From contig NC_083402.1 in NCBI RefSeq assembly GCF_020745735.1, forward strand, positions 25,372,004-25,436,003: DNA of 64,000 bases, given 5' to 3'. This DNA is from Hemiscyllium ocellatum (taxonomy: Eukaryota). Below the pieces are notes generated by a model. It worked only from the letters and a program-made list of their open reading frames with translations. It did not search any database and was not told where the DNA came from. Shown here in pieces: positions 38,085-50,760 of this stretch (its first letter is position 1; the number at the start of each line of letters is the position of its first letter). The position numbers and the translations under genes are program-made.

Positions 38085-38240
38085 AACAGTAGTAGACTTG
38101 CCAACTTTAAGAGCATTTAAATGGTTAATGGTTAGGCACATGGACAAGAATGGAATAGTGCGGGTTAGATGGGCTTCAGATTGGTTCAACAGGTTAGCGT
38201 AACATCAAGGGCTGAAGAGCCTGTACTCCACTATAATAAT
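38085..38240 (+). mobile_element. CR1-type 3' tail
   Basis: ccaactttaagagcatttaaatgg..aacatcaagggctgaagagcctgtact. Confidence 0.65.
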
Positions 38241-38859
38241 GTAAAACATTGTTCCTCTTTGCACTTGTACTTCTGTTAATGTCTGATAATGGACACTTCC
38301 AGAAGTAGGGGCAGAAATAGGCCATCGAGTCTAGTCCATCATTCAATGAGATCACAGGTGATCTGATAACACTCAACTATAAATGGATGACAAAAAAACT
38401 TTGATCAAATATGTTTTTCATGAGCAATAGCCCAGCATATCTCAATGACCTTTGTTGGGCCACCCTCTGATGCTGCCTGTTTGATCTCTGAAATTAGTTC
38501 AATCTTGTTATCTGGATATGTTGCTATGCTCCATTGATACCTTTCCACAAGGACTATAGCCAAATCAGCCGGTCAATCTGCTGTAGGCCTTGAGGCCTCT
38601 CTTGTCGGACTGTTAGACCTCTTTTCCTTTTGCATTATGCCCTTCTGTTTTGGAGATTGCAAGAACGACGTTCATAGTTGTGGCAATAAAGGTACTATGT
38701 GCAGAGGGCAGACATTAATTTGAGAGCATGCAACCCATGGCTCTCAACCATTTAACTCATTAGCAGAGACTTCCTTTAATTTTTCAACAATTAAATATTT
38801 CAACAATTAAACATGACTTGTATCCATCCAAAAGAATGCTTCATGTCTGATAATAATAT

Positions 38860-39030
38860 AAAACAAAGAACTGTGAATGCCTGAAATTTGAAACGAAAAG
38901 AGAAACTGATGGAGATATTCAGCAGGTCTAGCAGTATTTATAGAAAGAAAAACATTTGGAGTGAAGGATCTTTGGGCACAAAACATGTTTTCCCTGCACA
39001 GATGCTTCACACGATTTGATCTGCTGTCCT
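38860..39030 (-). mobile_element. Decayed PLE pseudo-LTR
   Basis: aaagaactgtgaatgc..ttcagcaggtctagcag; similar to 58575-58710. Confidence 0.55.
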
Positions 39031-40449
39031 TATAGCTGAATGCTCAAGTTCAGAATGACACAAACAACAGTGTGTTAAAATCAAAATGTGAGCCTGTACC
39101 TTCTAACTTTCCCCATTACCATCAAACTTGTTCCCCTCCCCCTTGACTCAGACATCACAAACTTACCACCACCCTGTTACTCTTGAAATTTCATCACTTT
39201 CCATTACCCCTATTACCATTTCCCTGCATGCCTTCTTTCCCTTATGTACCTATAACTATCCCACTGCCTACTGTGACCCTCAACTCTTGCATTATCTTTC
39301 TCCATGCTCTTGTACACTCCTAGGACACACATGAGACCCCAAATACCTGACCCTGATCACACCAAGTTCAAGTTCCCTCTTTCCTCTGACTGCTCTTTCT
39401 GTTAACCAACACCATCAATTTGACCCATTAGGACTGACCAGTGATAGCATAACCCTTTCCTTTTGGGCCATAGTCCATTTTCAATGTCTGCTTGATCCAC
39501 TCACCTCTTTATTTCGGTGTCTCCCTTCAACGGACCTCCTTTCAACCCAACAGCATCCTCTGACTACCTTCCCTTCTTCCCAGTTCACTATCAATCACCT
39601 GAACACCAACCTTTGTCACCCACCACCTTATGCCACTGAATTCAACATGCATACATGAATCACATTTGCAGAAGGTCACTGTGATAGTGGACTCAGTGTC
39701 ATAAAATTCTCATGTACTGCTGATTTATCCCAAGAGTATTGCTTTATTGGCAACTATTTTGTATCTATGAATAGTTGTGACATGTCATTACAAGTACTAT
39801 ATGCTTGCACCCACAAACATTCCGTTGAAATTTTCTCTGCAAGTCAACCCACTGTTGGGAAATCAAAATTTTACATTCTGCCTGATTAAGTTGCTTGCAC
39901 ATCATGTTTCCTGTAAGCACTAAAAATCCATTTCCCGATACACACATTTGGACTGGGTTTCAGTTTCATAGCTATTGGTAGTCCTCCAGCATTTTATCCA
40001 AGTCACTCTTCTTCATTTGGCAACCTATCGCATGTCAGACACTTGTACATTTCTGGCTGCATTCAAATTAAAGACTTGTTACCATTCACATACCAATCTG
40101 GGTATGGTAATTCGAAACAAGCCCAACAGATTCACTAAAATATTTCATGAGTGTACATGTGTGATACTTAACAAAGGCTGTGGTCTACAGTCAGGTCAGT
40201 CGTACAGTGATTTACAGCGGTCTGATCAATAGTGATCTTGTCTCTTGCAGTTCATTGGCCATGGCCTTCTTACTTTCACTTGAGATGGGATCGAAACAAG
40301 CCCTTCCTTTACACCCTTGTTAACTTCTGTCCTTGTGACATATTAGGCGAAAGTTATTTTCAGTTCAGTTAATAGATTTATTGTTTCAATTGATTAGTTC
40401 AATTTGTGAAATTGAAGCATGAATTGCTACCAATGTTAAGTTGATCAGA

Positions 40450-40905
40450 GAAGGTTTGAGGAGGTTCAACTATAGAGAGAGCCTGAATAGGCTGCAGATG
40501 TTCACCCTGGAGTGTCGGAGGCTGAAGGATGTCCTCAGAGAGGTTTATAAAATCAAGAGGGACATGGATAGGATAAACAGACAAGGTTTTTTCTCTGGGG
40601 TGGGTGAGTCCAAAACTAGAGGGCATAGGTTTAAGGTGAGAGGGGAAAGATTTAAAAGGGACCTAAGGGGCAACTTTTTCATGCAGAGGGTGATGAGTAT
40701 ATAGAATGAGCTTCCAGAAGAAGTGATGGAAGCTGGCACAATTACAACATTTTAAAAGCATTTGGATGGGTATATGAATCGAGAAACTTCAGAGGGATAT
40801 GGGCCAAATGCTGGCAAAAGGGACGAGATTAATTTAGGATACCTGGTCAGCATGGACAAGTTGAACTAAAGGATCTTTCCGTACTGTATGCCTCTATTGA
40901 CTCTA
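40450..40905 (+). mobile_element. CR1 (HER1-like) 3' fragment
   Basis: YRESLNRLQMFTLECRRL..EVYKI..SKTRGHRFKVRGERFKRDLRGNFFMQRV. Confidence 0.92.
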
Positions 40906-41032
40906 ATTTATCATTTATCTGTAAGGATACAGAAATTTGCCTCACAACCCTCTAAAAGGGTCTTTCTTATCCCTTGTCATTCACATGAGATTCAGAATTC
41001 ACATGTTTCACTGAAACAACTATATCAGCTCT

Positions 41033-41116
41033 CTGGATGTAGATTTGCCAGCTCAGCGTGCCAACCTACATCCAAAACCTCAACCTGAGCTACAAATCTT
41101 CTCGAAAACTCCCTAA
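41033..41116 (+). mobile_element. 84-bp terminal fragment of a third PLE-like family with inverted 5' stub
   Basis: 9-bp TSD atcagctct at 41024-41032 and 41117-41125; internal tggatgtag/ctacatcca inversion; family assignment from recalled consensus. Confidence 0.6.
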
Positions 41117-41964
41117 ATCAGCTCTGCTTCTGTCATTGTTCAGTGCATAAAGGTCAGGAAAAGAAATAATAAATATATTCTCACATTATGGGCATAACCT
41201 ACACTTGCAGGCATTTCATAAACTTATAAAAACATCACATAAATTCACAGACTATTTATCCATAATACATGTGGACGTTACACAGGATCTTGTTGTTACA
41301 TCCTCAGTTTCTGTAGAGGCTACTGCGCAGCAGACAGAAGAAGGAACTTCCCAAGCCAATAATTAAACATAGGCTCTTCCATGTTTGTGCGACAATAGTT
41401 CATGCTGCATTTATCCACTGAGGGGGCCTGATTTTTGCAAATTCAAAACTACTCGAAACCTTTAAGAAGAGCAGGACTGATTTAGACCAAATGTCCTCCT
41501 CACATTTCAGGTATCCCGTTTCTGTCAGCAGGGGAAAGCAGCAGACATGAATTAAACAGGCAGGAAATCCAATCATACTAGGGCTACATGGAATTTATCA
41601 CCAATGTTAGAAGGGTCTTAACTGGCAGTGTGGAAGTCACAAACTTATGGATTTAACTTGAATGTTCACGAGAAGAAATTAAGCTTGATTGAAGTGTAAT
41701 GATCTGAAGAAAGCGAGTTAGCTCTGTGCTTTGCCTGGAGGGACCTGGAGGCTCCTAGTCAACAGGATAGTGAAGAAGTGGTACCATCCTCTTTCCTCAT
41801 GACCATCAGAAGAGACCATTGCACCAACCCTGCCCGTCTGATCAGAAGTCACTGGTCAATTCAGTGTGATATCTCCATTCGAGAAGAACACCTTGCAGCG
41901 CCACAAGAAGGTCAATTACCTTTTAGTTTTGCAAAGCTATTTGCCACCATCTTCACTCTATACA

Positions 41965-42430
41965 GGCATAAAGGTCTACAGCAATGGAAAAGGCCCTTCA
42001 GCCCATTGAATCAGTGCCAATCAGAAACAGCCACCTAATTAATCTAATCCCATTTTCCAGCATTTGGGCCATAGCCTTGTATGCCTTGGCATCACAAGCC
42101 CACTCTAAATACTAATTCAACAGATTTCCGCTACAAACACTGTTAAAGGCAGTGAATTCCAGATTACCACTACACTCTGGATGAAAATGTTATTTTCGTT
42201 ACATCTCATCTCCACCTTCTGTCCCTTAACTCTATGCTCTGGTCACTGATCCCTCCACCAAGGGGAGAAGTTTCTTTCTGTCTACCCTACTTATGCCCCT
42301 CATTATTTTATACATCTCAATAATGCCCACCTTCAGTCTCCTCTGCTCTGGGGGAAACAGCCCCAGTCTCCCTTCGTAACTGAAACTCTCCAGCCCAGAC
42401 AACATCCTGGTACCTCAGTCATTGCACTTA
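41965..42430 (-). mobile_element. CR1 3' fragment
   Basis: aggcccttcagcccattga..gaattccagatt..ctctccagcccagacaacatcctgg. Confidence 0.8.
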
Positions 42431-42599
42431 CCGCCCACCGATGTTCATAATCTGCCACTTTCAATATTGCATGTCTCTCAATGACTCTCAGCCACGCCCC
42501 TGCCCCATTCCTTCCAAACATTTAATCCTTCTGGCCCTCTGCCCTTCCTATCCATTCAAGCCACCTCCCACCTATTTTCCACTTGCATCAACACAAATA

Positions 42600-43460
42600 A
42601 GAATGCCAACCACTTGCATCTCAACCAGTCAATCTTTCACTTCATTCCAGGAGAAAATGGCCCACTGTAGGGCAGAGGTGGCCATGACCAGTGATGAAGT
42701 CCTGAACATTTATCTCCTTATCCCCTGCATGGAGAAAATCTTTCCCTTCTTGGGAAAGAACAGAGACTGCTCATACGGTGATGTTGGGATCAGAATGTCT
42801 AAGCAAATAAGGATCGTTGTCAAGTGCTGTGCTGCTTCCTCATTACCACCAATGTGAGTATGTTCTTAAGACTCTTAGCAAGTTCAGGCTTGTACTTTTA
42901 CTTTGCAACTCATTTCCTCTCTTGCCTCCTGCAGTATCAGTTGCATTTGCACAAGTCTCTACCTTGAAGGGACATGCTCCTTCCAATCAACACCTCTGTT
43001 TCTGAAAATGAAGACACAGACCTGTCAAAGAAAACACAATCTCCTGCAATCTCCATCAGCTGAGATATTGACACCTCAGTTGGTACTTTGCATAGACTAG
43101 TGTTTGAGGCACATTCTGACAAGCATGTCACTGATATGTCTTGATAATTGGTTGGGAAAGGAAGCTCCAATTTGGTGGAACTGAGAGGACCGCTGAAGAC
43201 CAGGCACCTGTACAGTATCAGCCAGCAGAGAACTCCATTGTGTTGGCTGTTACTAACTTTGTAACAATGCACAAACAGACACAAGAGCAGCAGGTAGGTT
43301 TTGTCAGAGACACTCAGGAATCTGGATCAAACATTGATGGGGGCCATTATCATTGTCTGCATCATGTTGTCTCTGACATGCATGCATTTGGCCATCACCA
43401 AAGTCCTGCACAGGTATCCGGTAGGGACTGGACTGATTGTGGCAACAGCTACTGAATGAT
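42600..43460 (+). pseudogene. Harbinger-type Myb/SANT accessory gene relic (exons 2-3)
   Basis: ttcattccag|EKMAH..KNRDCSYGDVG..|gtgagt then cctcctgcag acceptor; parallels the EKTAHN..EKDRDFSCG exon at ~56585-56725. Confidence 0.55.
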
Positions 43461-44827
43461 AACGTCCATCTTGATTTGTTTGAGGACTACTCCTCTTACA
43501 CTTTGAAAGATAGCCACTTGGTTAAAGCACATTCAGTGTGTTTGTCATGTAATCTGCTGGCACATGTTGTGTTTGTGACATTGACATAAATATAGAAAGA
43601 CTCTGCCTAAGGTTTCAGATTGAATAATATAGAACTGTTTTGCTCATAATGCCACACTTCAGTGAGACAGATGGGTATCTGATGTGAGTTACGTTTTCAA
43701 GTGTGCTTGACTTCCAGGGTGTTCATTTTGGCATGATCATTTCGCTTGTTTCTGAAAGGTGCTTATAGTGTTTCTCAGCTGGCTTTGAGGTGGAAAAGGG
43801 TCCTTTTCAAACCCTGTTATCTTTTAACAGAATGAGATAAATCTCTGGAGATTATTATTTTGTGTTAGAAGATGATAAATTGAGACAGGGGAGAACATAA
43901 ACCCATGCATTAAATGACCAACATTAGAATTTGTTACCATGGCATGTAGGCTTCCAAAAAGTATGTGAATATCTTGATTTCAAGGACACAGATCAAGACG
44001 CCACTGTCACAAAACAAGGGTACACTTGCATCATGACAATGCAATTCTTAAACACAATCTTGCTTTCTTTGATTCTCAAAAAGTAGAACTGATCTTACTC
44101 ACAGAATTTGTAAAATATTCATTTAGAAAACACACAAGGTGAATGAGTCACAACCTCATGCTGATAAAATAAGACTGTAAGAATTATCTGCCTCTGCAAC
44201 GCTAACATTGAAAATAATCATCCTGGTTCAAGCTATTGTTAATACATTTTATAACAAAAGTGCCCTTGAGTAATTGCAAAATTCTTCCACATTAACGTTG
44301 GGTAAGTCTATCTATGTGTCAGAAAGGTCAAAGACTCAGACGTGCAATGTAAAACTGTTATTGAATATGTGAACAAAGCAATGATTTTATGACCATCAGG
44401 ATCTGATAATCAGTGCTCAGCAGACTAACCAAGGTGTTCTGTTCATCTTGCTCAAAACAGGACTGTTTAGCCCCAACAATAAGGGAGCTTGCAGCTCTGC
44501 TAATTTTCCAGTGCGTGAAATTGACTGGAAATTGAAGAGTGCCATCAAGCAGACCTTTACTCATTGGGCAGGCCTGTGCAAGTGACCAGCAACAAAAGAA
44601 TCACAAAATTTAACTTGAGAATCTCCATGAAAAGTCTATAATCAAACCTGAATAAAATATCTTCAGTTGGATAACTCACAGTCTTGCAATTTAAGAGTGA
44701 GAATCAATAGATGACCCACACACAAAACTATTTCAGTGTTGTCTTAGCAGATCTCCCATTTCTCCCACCTCTGCAAGAATTGCAAGGCACCTTGTCAGTC
44801 ACATCATACAATTTGATGTTTCAGATT

Positions 44828-45017
44828 TTAGATTAGGTTAGATTCCCTACAGTGTGGAAAGAGGCCCTTCGGCCGAACAAGTCCACACTGACCCTCCAGA
44901 CCCTCCCACGCAGACACGGGAGAATGTGCAAACTCCACACAGACAGACGCCCGAGGCTGGAACCTGGGACCCAGGTGCTGTGGGGCAGCAGTGCTAACCA
45001 CTGAGCCACCATGCTGC
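44828..45017 (-). mobile_element. HE1-type V-SINE, internally deleted
   Basis: Head and tail joined at cagaccc/tcccacgcagacac. Confidence 0.85.
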
Positions 45018-45786
45018 GCACACAGAAGTGTTTGGTCAAAAGAAGTCAGTTTTAAGGAGAGCCCTCTGGTTTAAGCAAAGTGTTTTTATATAGTGTATGG
45101 GCTGGCTTGCTATTGTCATGTAACCTCTGTCGCTGTTGTAGGTTGCATTCCCTTTACTTTCGTTTGTAGCAGCCATTGAATACGTTATTTGAAACTTGGC
45201 ATCAGAAGTGTGAAGCTGATATTAGGTAAGTTTTCAAGGCTGTTACAGAACAAAATACCATTTACAAAGAAAAGGAAACATTAAAATTGCAGTCTGTAAC
45301 TTGGGAGTATTTGGTGAGTCAGGTTGGCTATGAATTTTCCATGTCCTGCCATTGCGAAATTGAGAAAAGATGGTAGATTTTTTTTCATTCCCAGTAGCAC
45401 ATTTTTGAAATATTAGCTGCATTCGATAGATAAAGATAAGAAAAGAAGAATAGCATCACTCTGATCATTGGAAATGATGCACCAGAGATCTAACTGTCAG
45501 GCAGAAAATCCACATTGGAAAGATTTTGCACATTTTGAAGATATATTTTGAGCCCTAATTAATGTTATTTGTGAATGGTATGTGATCAGAGTCGGGGAAA
45601 GAAACTTATTGATTAAATGAGGTAGCATTGAAATATTGAACTAAAACCTGTTCATTTGGACCACAGAATATTATTTCAACATCAATAGGATTGTCTCTGG
45701 CATACATTTATCACACTGTGACAGCACGACAGCTGAGAGGGGAGAAATGTACCCTCAAGAAAGTTCAGAAGTCCTGACCTTGTCAA

Positions 45787-46399
45787 TTATGACAAAGCTG
45801 CTCCTTTAACAAGATTGTGCTATACATGGCTCTTTTTTTCAGAGAGGTCATAAATGACACAGACTCTGAAAAGTCTGGAGTTGAAGGGTTTTAGGTCCAA
45901 TTTTTTTATAACTAACAAATAATGCCTCGGGCAGAAGGCTTTCAACTTTTAACACTTGAACAATTAAAGGAGAGTGCCCAGTTCTTCCAGCTCAGCTTTT
46001 CTCTGTGTTGGTTTGATTTTTAGTAGTAGTATGGAAAAATCTGCTGGACCCAAAGAAGCAGGTACTCTGTCTCTGACTTCTCTCATATAAGTCCCTGTGT
46101 TTGTTTTAACTTTTTTTTTGCCAAGGGGTGTTTATGGGGATCGGTGCAAGTATTTGGAACAGCATCAATAAGTTGGGATGATCTGTTGAGGTTTGGAGAG
46201 GTTAGGTTATTCGGTTTTCTGTTTATGTTTCATTCAGTAATCATGTAAATAAATTCTGTTTTGTTTGAAACTAAGTGGTTTGACCAGTGGCATTTCTCCT
46301 GGGAATTCCACATTACACCTTCTTAAACAGCAGGCAAAGGTAGGGTCTGGGCTACCTTCCTGAACTGGTTTGAGGGGGTCTGAACTGGTCCCTAAGACA
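45787..46399 (+). mobile_element. Solo LTR inserted in Gypsy gag
   Basis: Homologous to 9428-10962 minus its PLE; aataaa near 46248; ends ..aagaca. Confidence 0.75.
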
Positions 46400-47291
46400 A
46401 TCATCAGCCAGTGCACATTAATGAGAGAACAAATGAAGCTTTGCATCATCCGAAGGGGACATTACTGGCTGAACATGAGCATCATGTTGAAAAAACAGCA
46501 AGTTAATTTGCAGTTGGGCTAGCAGACAGATCAAGGCCTGCAAGTCGGATTTAAATATTTTGGAGGACATCACACAAAAGAAAAGAAAGTATGACCAGCA
46601 TGAGGGAAGCTGTGATCTATTGGCAAGAAGTTGAATCAGTAAGCAACTGGTCAGTTCGAAAAAAGCAAAGCAAGCTTACACAGAGAGATAGTAGAGGGAT
46701 GCCCGATGATGACTCTGATAAATAATTCTACATCAAACAACATATTAGGACCATCAGGTCTCAAGGTGATAAATGATTTGTGACTGTTAGAAAGGGATCT
46801 GCAAAAGAAAAGCAGCAAATGAATGTGATAAGGCTGATAGATACAGGGGCCTTGTGCAACATTATGAACTTTGTAGATAGTGCAAAGAGACTCATGTTAA
46901 TGACACAAAAATGAAACTCTCTAAAGATGTGCTTGAGGCTGTGAGATGGAAAGATACTCACCCCAAGAGGCAAAACATGAAGCTGACAATGCAATGCGAC
47001 AGGAAGAATAAAGATCTAGAGTTCCAGATAGCAGATGTTTAGCAAAATCCACTCAACTCAGCTGAAGCAAGTCTAATGCTTGGACTAATAACACTATATG
47101 TACATTTTAAAAAGTAACATTATGTGGACCAGAAGAGCTTTACAGCATTTTGCAGCCCACTAAGCCATTGATTGTTGATCAGGTGATAAAAAGGTTACAA
47201 ATATGTTTTTTCAGCCCTTACATGTCTTCGTGGTGAATATCATATCGATAGAGATGAGAATGTAAGACAAACTCAGCATCTGTCAGAGAGA

Positions 47292-48404
47292 GTTTAGATT
47301 AGAGTGGTGCTGGAAAAGCCAAGCAGGTCAGGCAGCATCTGAGAAGCAGGAAAATCAACGTTTCAGGCAAAAGACCTTCATCAGGAATAGAGGCAGGAAG
47401 CCTCCAGGATGGAGAGATAAATTGGGGGGGAGTTGTCTGGGAAGGGAGATAGGCAGGTAGGACAGGTCATGAGGACAGTACTGAGCTGGAAGGTTGGAAC
47501 TGAAGTAAGGTTGGGTGGGGAGGGGAAATGAGGAAACTGGTGAAGTCCACATTGATGCCCTGCGGTTGAAGTGTTCCGAGACGGAAGATGAGGTGTTCTT
47601 CCTCCAGGCATCGGGTGGTGAGAGAGTGGCGGTGGAGGAGGCCCAGGACCTGCATGTCCTCGGCAGAGTAGGAGGGGAAGTTGAAATGTTGGGCCACGGG
47701 ATGGTGGGGTTTGTTGGTGCTGGTCTCCCGGAGATGTTCCCTGAAACGCTCTGCGAGGAGGCGTCCAGTCTCCCCAGTGCAGAGCAGACTGCATCGGGAG
47801 CAACGGATACAATAAATGACATTGGTGGATGTGCAGGTGAAACTGAAATGGATGTGGAAGGCTCCTTTAGGGCCTTGGTTGGAGGTGAGGGAGGAGGTGT
47901 GGACGCAGGTTTTGTAATTCCTGCGGTGACAGGGGAGGGTGCCAAGATGGGAAGGTGGGCTTGTTGGGGGGGCATGGACGTGACCAGGTCATCACGAATG
48001 GAATGGTCTTTGCAGAAAGTGTAAAGGGGTGGGGAGGGAAATATATCCCTGGTGGTGGGGTCCATTTGGCGGTGGCGGAAATGTCGGCGGATGATACGGT
48101 TAATAAGGGTGGAAAGTGAGGACCAGAGGTGGGTGGGGGGTGGGGTTCAGACCTTGTTACGGTTGGAGGGGTGGGGTTTGAGGACAGAGGTGTGGGATGT
48201 GGATGAGATGTGTTGGAGGGCATCTTTAACCACATGAGAAAGGAAATTGCAATCTCTAAAGAAGGAGGCCATCTGGTGTGTTCTGTGGTGGAACTGGTCC
48301 TCCTGGGAGCAGATACGGTGGAGGCGGAGGAATTGGGAATACGGGATGGAATTTTTGCAGGAGGTGGGGTGGGAAGAGGTGTAATCCAGGTAGCTATGGG
48401 AGTC
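47292..48404 (-). mobile_element. PLE family 1 (RT C-terminus, linker, GIY-YIG, pseudo-LTR)
   Basis: DSHSYLDYTSSHPTSCKNSIPYSQFLRLHRICS; AQHFNFPSYSAEDMQVLGLL. Confidence 0.93.
47353..47388 (-). ncRNA. Hammerhead ribozyme motif
   Basis: uc-CUGAUGA-AGGU CUUUU GCCU-GAAA-CG-UU-ga. Confidence 0.7.
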
Positions 48405-48438
48405 AGAGTGTCCGAGTAGCCTCATGCTCAGCCTGAAA

Positions 48439-48741
48439 GATTAAATTAAATTACTTACAGTGTGGAAACAGGCCCTTCAGCCCAACAAGTCCACACTGAC
48501 CCTCCGAAGAACAACCCACCCAGACCCATTCCCCTACATTTACCCCATTCACTTAACACTACAGGCAATTTAGCATGACCAATTCATCTAACCTGCAAAT
48601 TTTTGGACTGAGTGAGGAAACCGGACCACCCTCAGGAAACCCACGCAGACTCCACATAGACAGTTGCCTGTGGCAGGAATTGAACCCGGGTCTTTGGCAC
48701 TGTGAGGCAGCAGTGCTAACCACTGTGCCACTGTGCCATCC
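48439..48741 (-). mobile_element. HE1-type V-SINE
   Basis: Reverse complement of 54306-54626. Confidence 0.9.
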
Positions 48742-48852
48742 AATAGATAACAGAGAGGACCAAGGAAAGAAGACAGTAATCAAGGAGGGCAACTCCTACT
48801 AACTGGATTGGCAACATGGTGGCAGTGAGAAAACAATTGCAAAACTGAAATT

Positions 48853-49116
48853 ATAGAATTACTATGAAGAAGGCCATTTGGCCCATCCAATTCTCACCAA
48901 CCCACCCAAAAGCATCCCACCCAGAACTTCCCCCCTTTCCCATAACCTTGCATTTCCCATGGCTAATCTACCTGATCTGCACAGCTTTGTGACTGTGGGA
49001 GGAAACCCGTGCAGACACGGGGAGAAAATGCAAACTCCACACATGCAGTCACTCGAGGGTGGAATCGAACCTGAGTCCCTGGTACTGCGAGGCAGCAGTA
49101 ATCGCCACTGAGCCAC
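48853..49116 (-). mobile_element. HE1-type V-SINE
   Basis: Head, V-domain and tail. Confidence 0.88.
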
Positions 49117-49932
49117 TCTAAATGATCTGGATACATACAAAGGAATGCAAGAAATCTTTGGAGAAATCTCATTACCCTGTGCCAACTTTTCCAGACATTT
49201 TGCCACAACTTGCCAAGGCAGTGATTTTTTTCTACCCTCAATGCAAAAGATTGTTACTGGCATCAAAGACTGGAACAAAGCAACAGTTTTCTATTTATAT
49301 TCTGGACAAAGTCTGGGGGTTATAGATTGATGCAGACATGATTTGGTGTTTCCACTGCTTTGAAAAAGGATCAATGCAGGCAGCACAATATAGTCTGTAA
49401 TATTCCCAGAGTGGAAACTACTGTGGATGACCTGCCAGTTTGTGGATATGGACACATAATGAAAAAGGCCATCACAGACTGTGATCAGAATCTAGTGCAT
49501 CTTCTAGTGGGAGCCAATCAGATGAACCTGATGCTTGCTATAGTCATGTAACCACTAGCCCTGTGGTAAGCTGATTTCAGTTTTGGTGACTTGAAACATG
49601 TTACTTGAAATATCTTCTTGGGGAAAAGAGTTAGCTAACCTTGGGGTTATCATTCCTGAACAAAAGGCTCGGCACTTGAACACGTTGCTTCGCATTGTGA
49701 ACGATAAAAACTGAAGATGTACAGGGAGCAGAACTGCAGGTATGTTCAGGGATGTTTGACCCCAAAGTGGCTGCAGAGACATGAAGGCTGAGCCAATGAG
49801 ATGATTGGAATACAAAAATTAAAATTTGAATCTTGAGGTCACATTAAAGGGAAAGAAAGACATGCCTAGACAGACACTAAATAGCATGGAGAGTCTTTGA
49901 GGTTTTACAGCACAGCAAGAGGCCCTTCAGCC

Positions 49933-50285
49933 CATGGTAAGCACTGCTGCCTCACGGTACCAGAGGTCTGGGTTTGATTCCAGCCTTGGGTGTCTGTCTG
50001 TGTGTTTGCATGTTCTCCCCATGTCTGCATGGGTTTCCTCTGGGTACTCCAGCTTCCTCCCACAGTCTGAAGATGTGCAGCTGAGGTGGATTGGCCATGT
50101 TAAATTGTTCCATAGTGTCCAGTGCTGTGCAGTCTAGGTCGATTAGCCATGGGAAATGAAGGGTTACAGGGATAGGGTCAAGGGCTGGGTCTGGGTGGGA
50201 TGATCTTTGGAAAGTCGGTGTGGACTGGATGGGCCAAATGTAGGAATGTGGTTCCCCCTACACTGTGGGGATTGTATGATTCTAT
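49933..50285 (+). mobile_element. HE1-type V-SINE
   Basis: gcactgctgcctcac..gtttgcatgttctccccatgtctgcatgggtttcctc. Confidence 0.88.
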
Positions 50286-50399
50286 GTCCACACCTGTTGT
50301 CAGTCATTATAATCCCATTTTCCAGCATTTAGCCTGTGGCCTTGAGTTCAATAACATTTCAAGTGCTTTTCTAAATAATTCTTATGTCTCAAAGTTCCT

Positions 50400-50760
50400 T
50401 TTTAGCCAATGAAGCAGCTTTGAAGTGGAGTGACAGATGAAATTTGAGAAAGGCAGCAACCAATTTACACACAGAAAGCTCCCAGATGTGATGTTATTTG
50501 AGGGATAGTTAGTAGCCAGGACACAAGGGATTCCACCACTGCTCTTCTTCAAACAATTGCTGTGCAATCTTGTTAAAATCAGTGACAGGGTAGGTGGGAC
50601 ATCAGTTCAATACTTCATTCCAAAATCTTGGTAATGCTGCATTCCCTCAGTACTGCTGTTGAGTAAAATTCTTAATTTTTGTGCTCAACGTCAGAACTGC
50701 AACTTAATCTTGTGAGATTGATACAACTGATTCAGAACTGGTAATTTACTGAACCAACAC
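50400..50760 (-). mobile_element. Deu-domain SINE (decayed)
   Basis: agccaatgaagcagctttgaagtg..caatttacacacag..tgagggata..gcattccctcagtactg. Confidence 0.65.

Larger units (their letters stand above)
45050..49550 (+). mobile_element. Decayed Gypsy LTR retrotransposon (PBS, gag, protease, RT) with nested insertions
   Basis: PBS-like tggcatcagaagtg at ~45197; gag-like YFEP.INVICE; LRGEYHI..QH; TPTNWIGNMVAVRK; YPVPTFPDILPQLAKA; TLNAKDCYW; ETTVDDL..DCDQNL. Confidence 0.85.

Noticed and set aside
45787-46399. LTR as the 5' LTR of the adjacent Gypsy pol
   Set aside because: No PBS follows it; gag-like sequence and a PBS lie upstream, so it is a nested insertion
47355-48065. 236-aa ORF and overlapping ORFs (also 9603..10241, 9770..10111)
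   Set aside because: Alternative frames or antisense of PLE sequence
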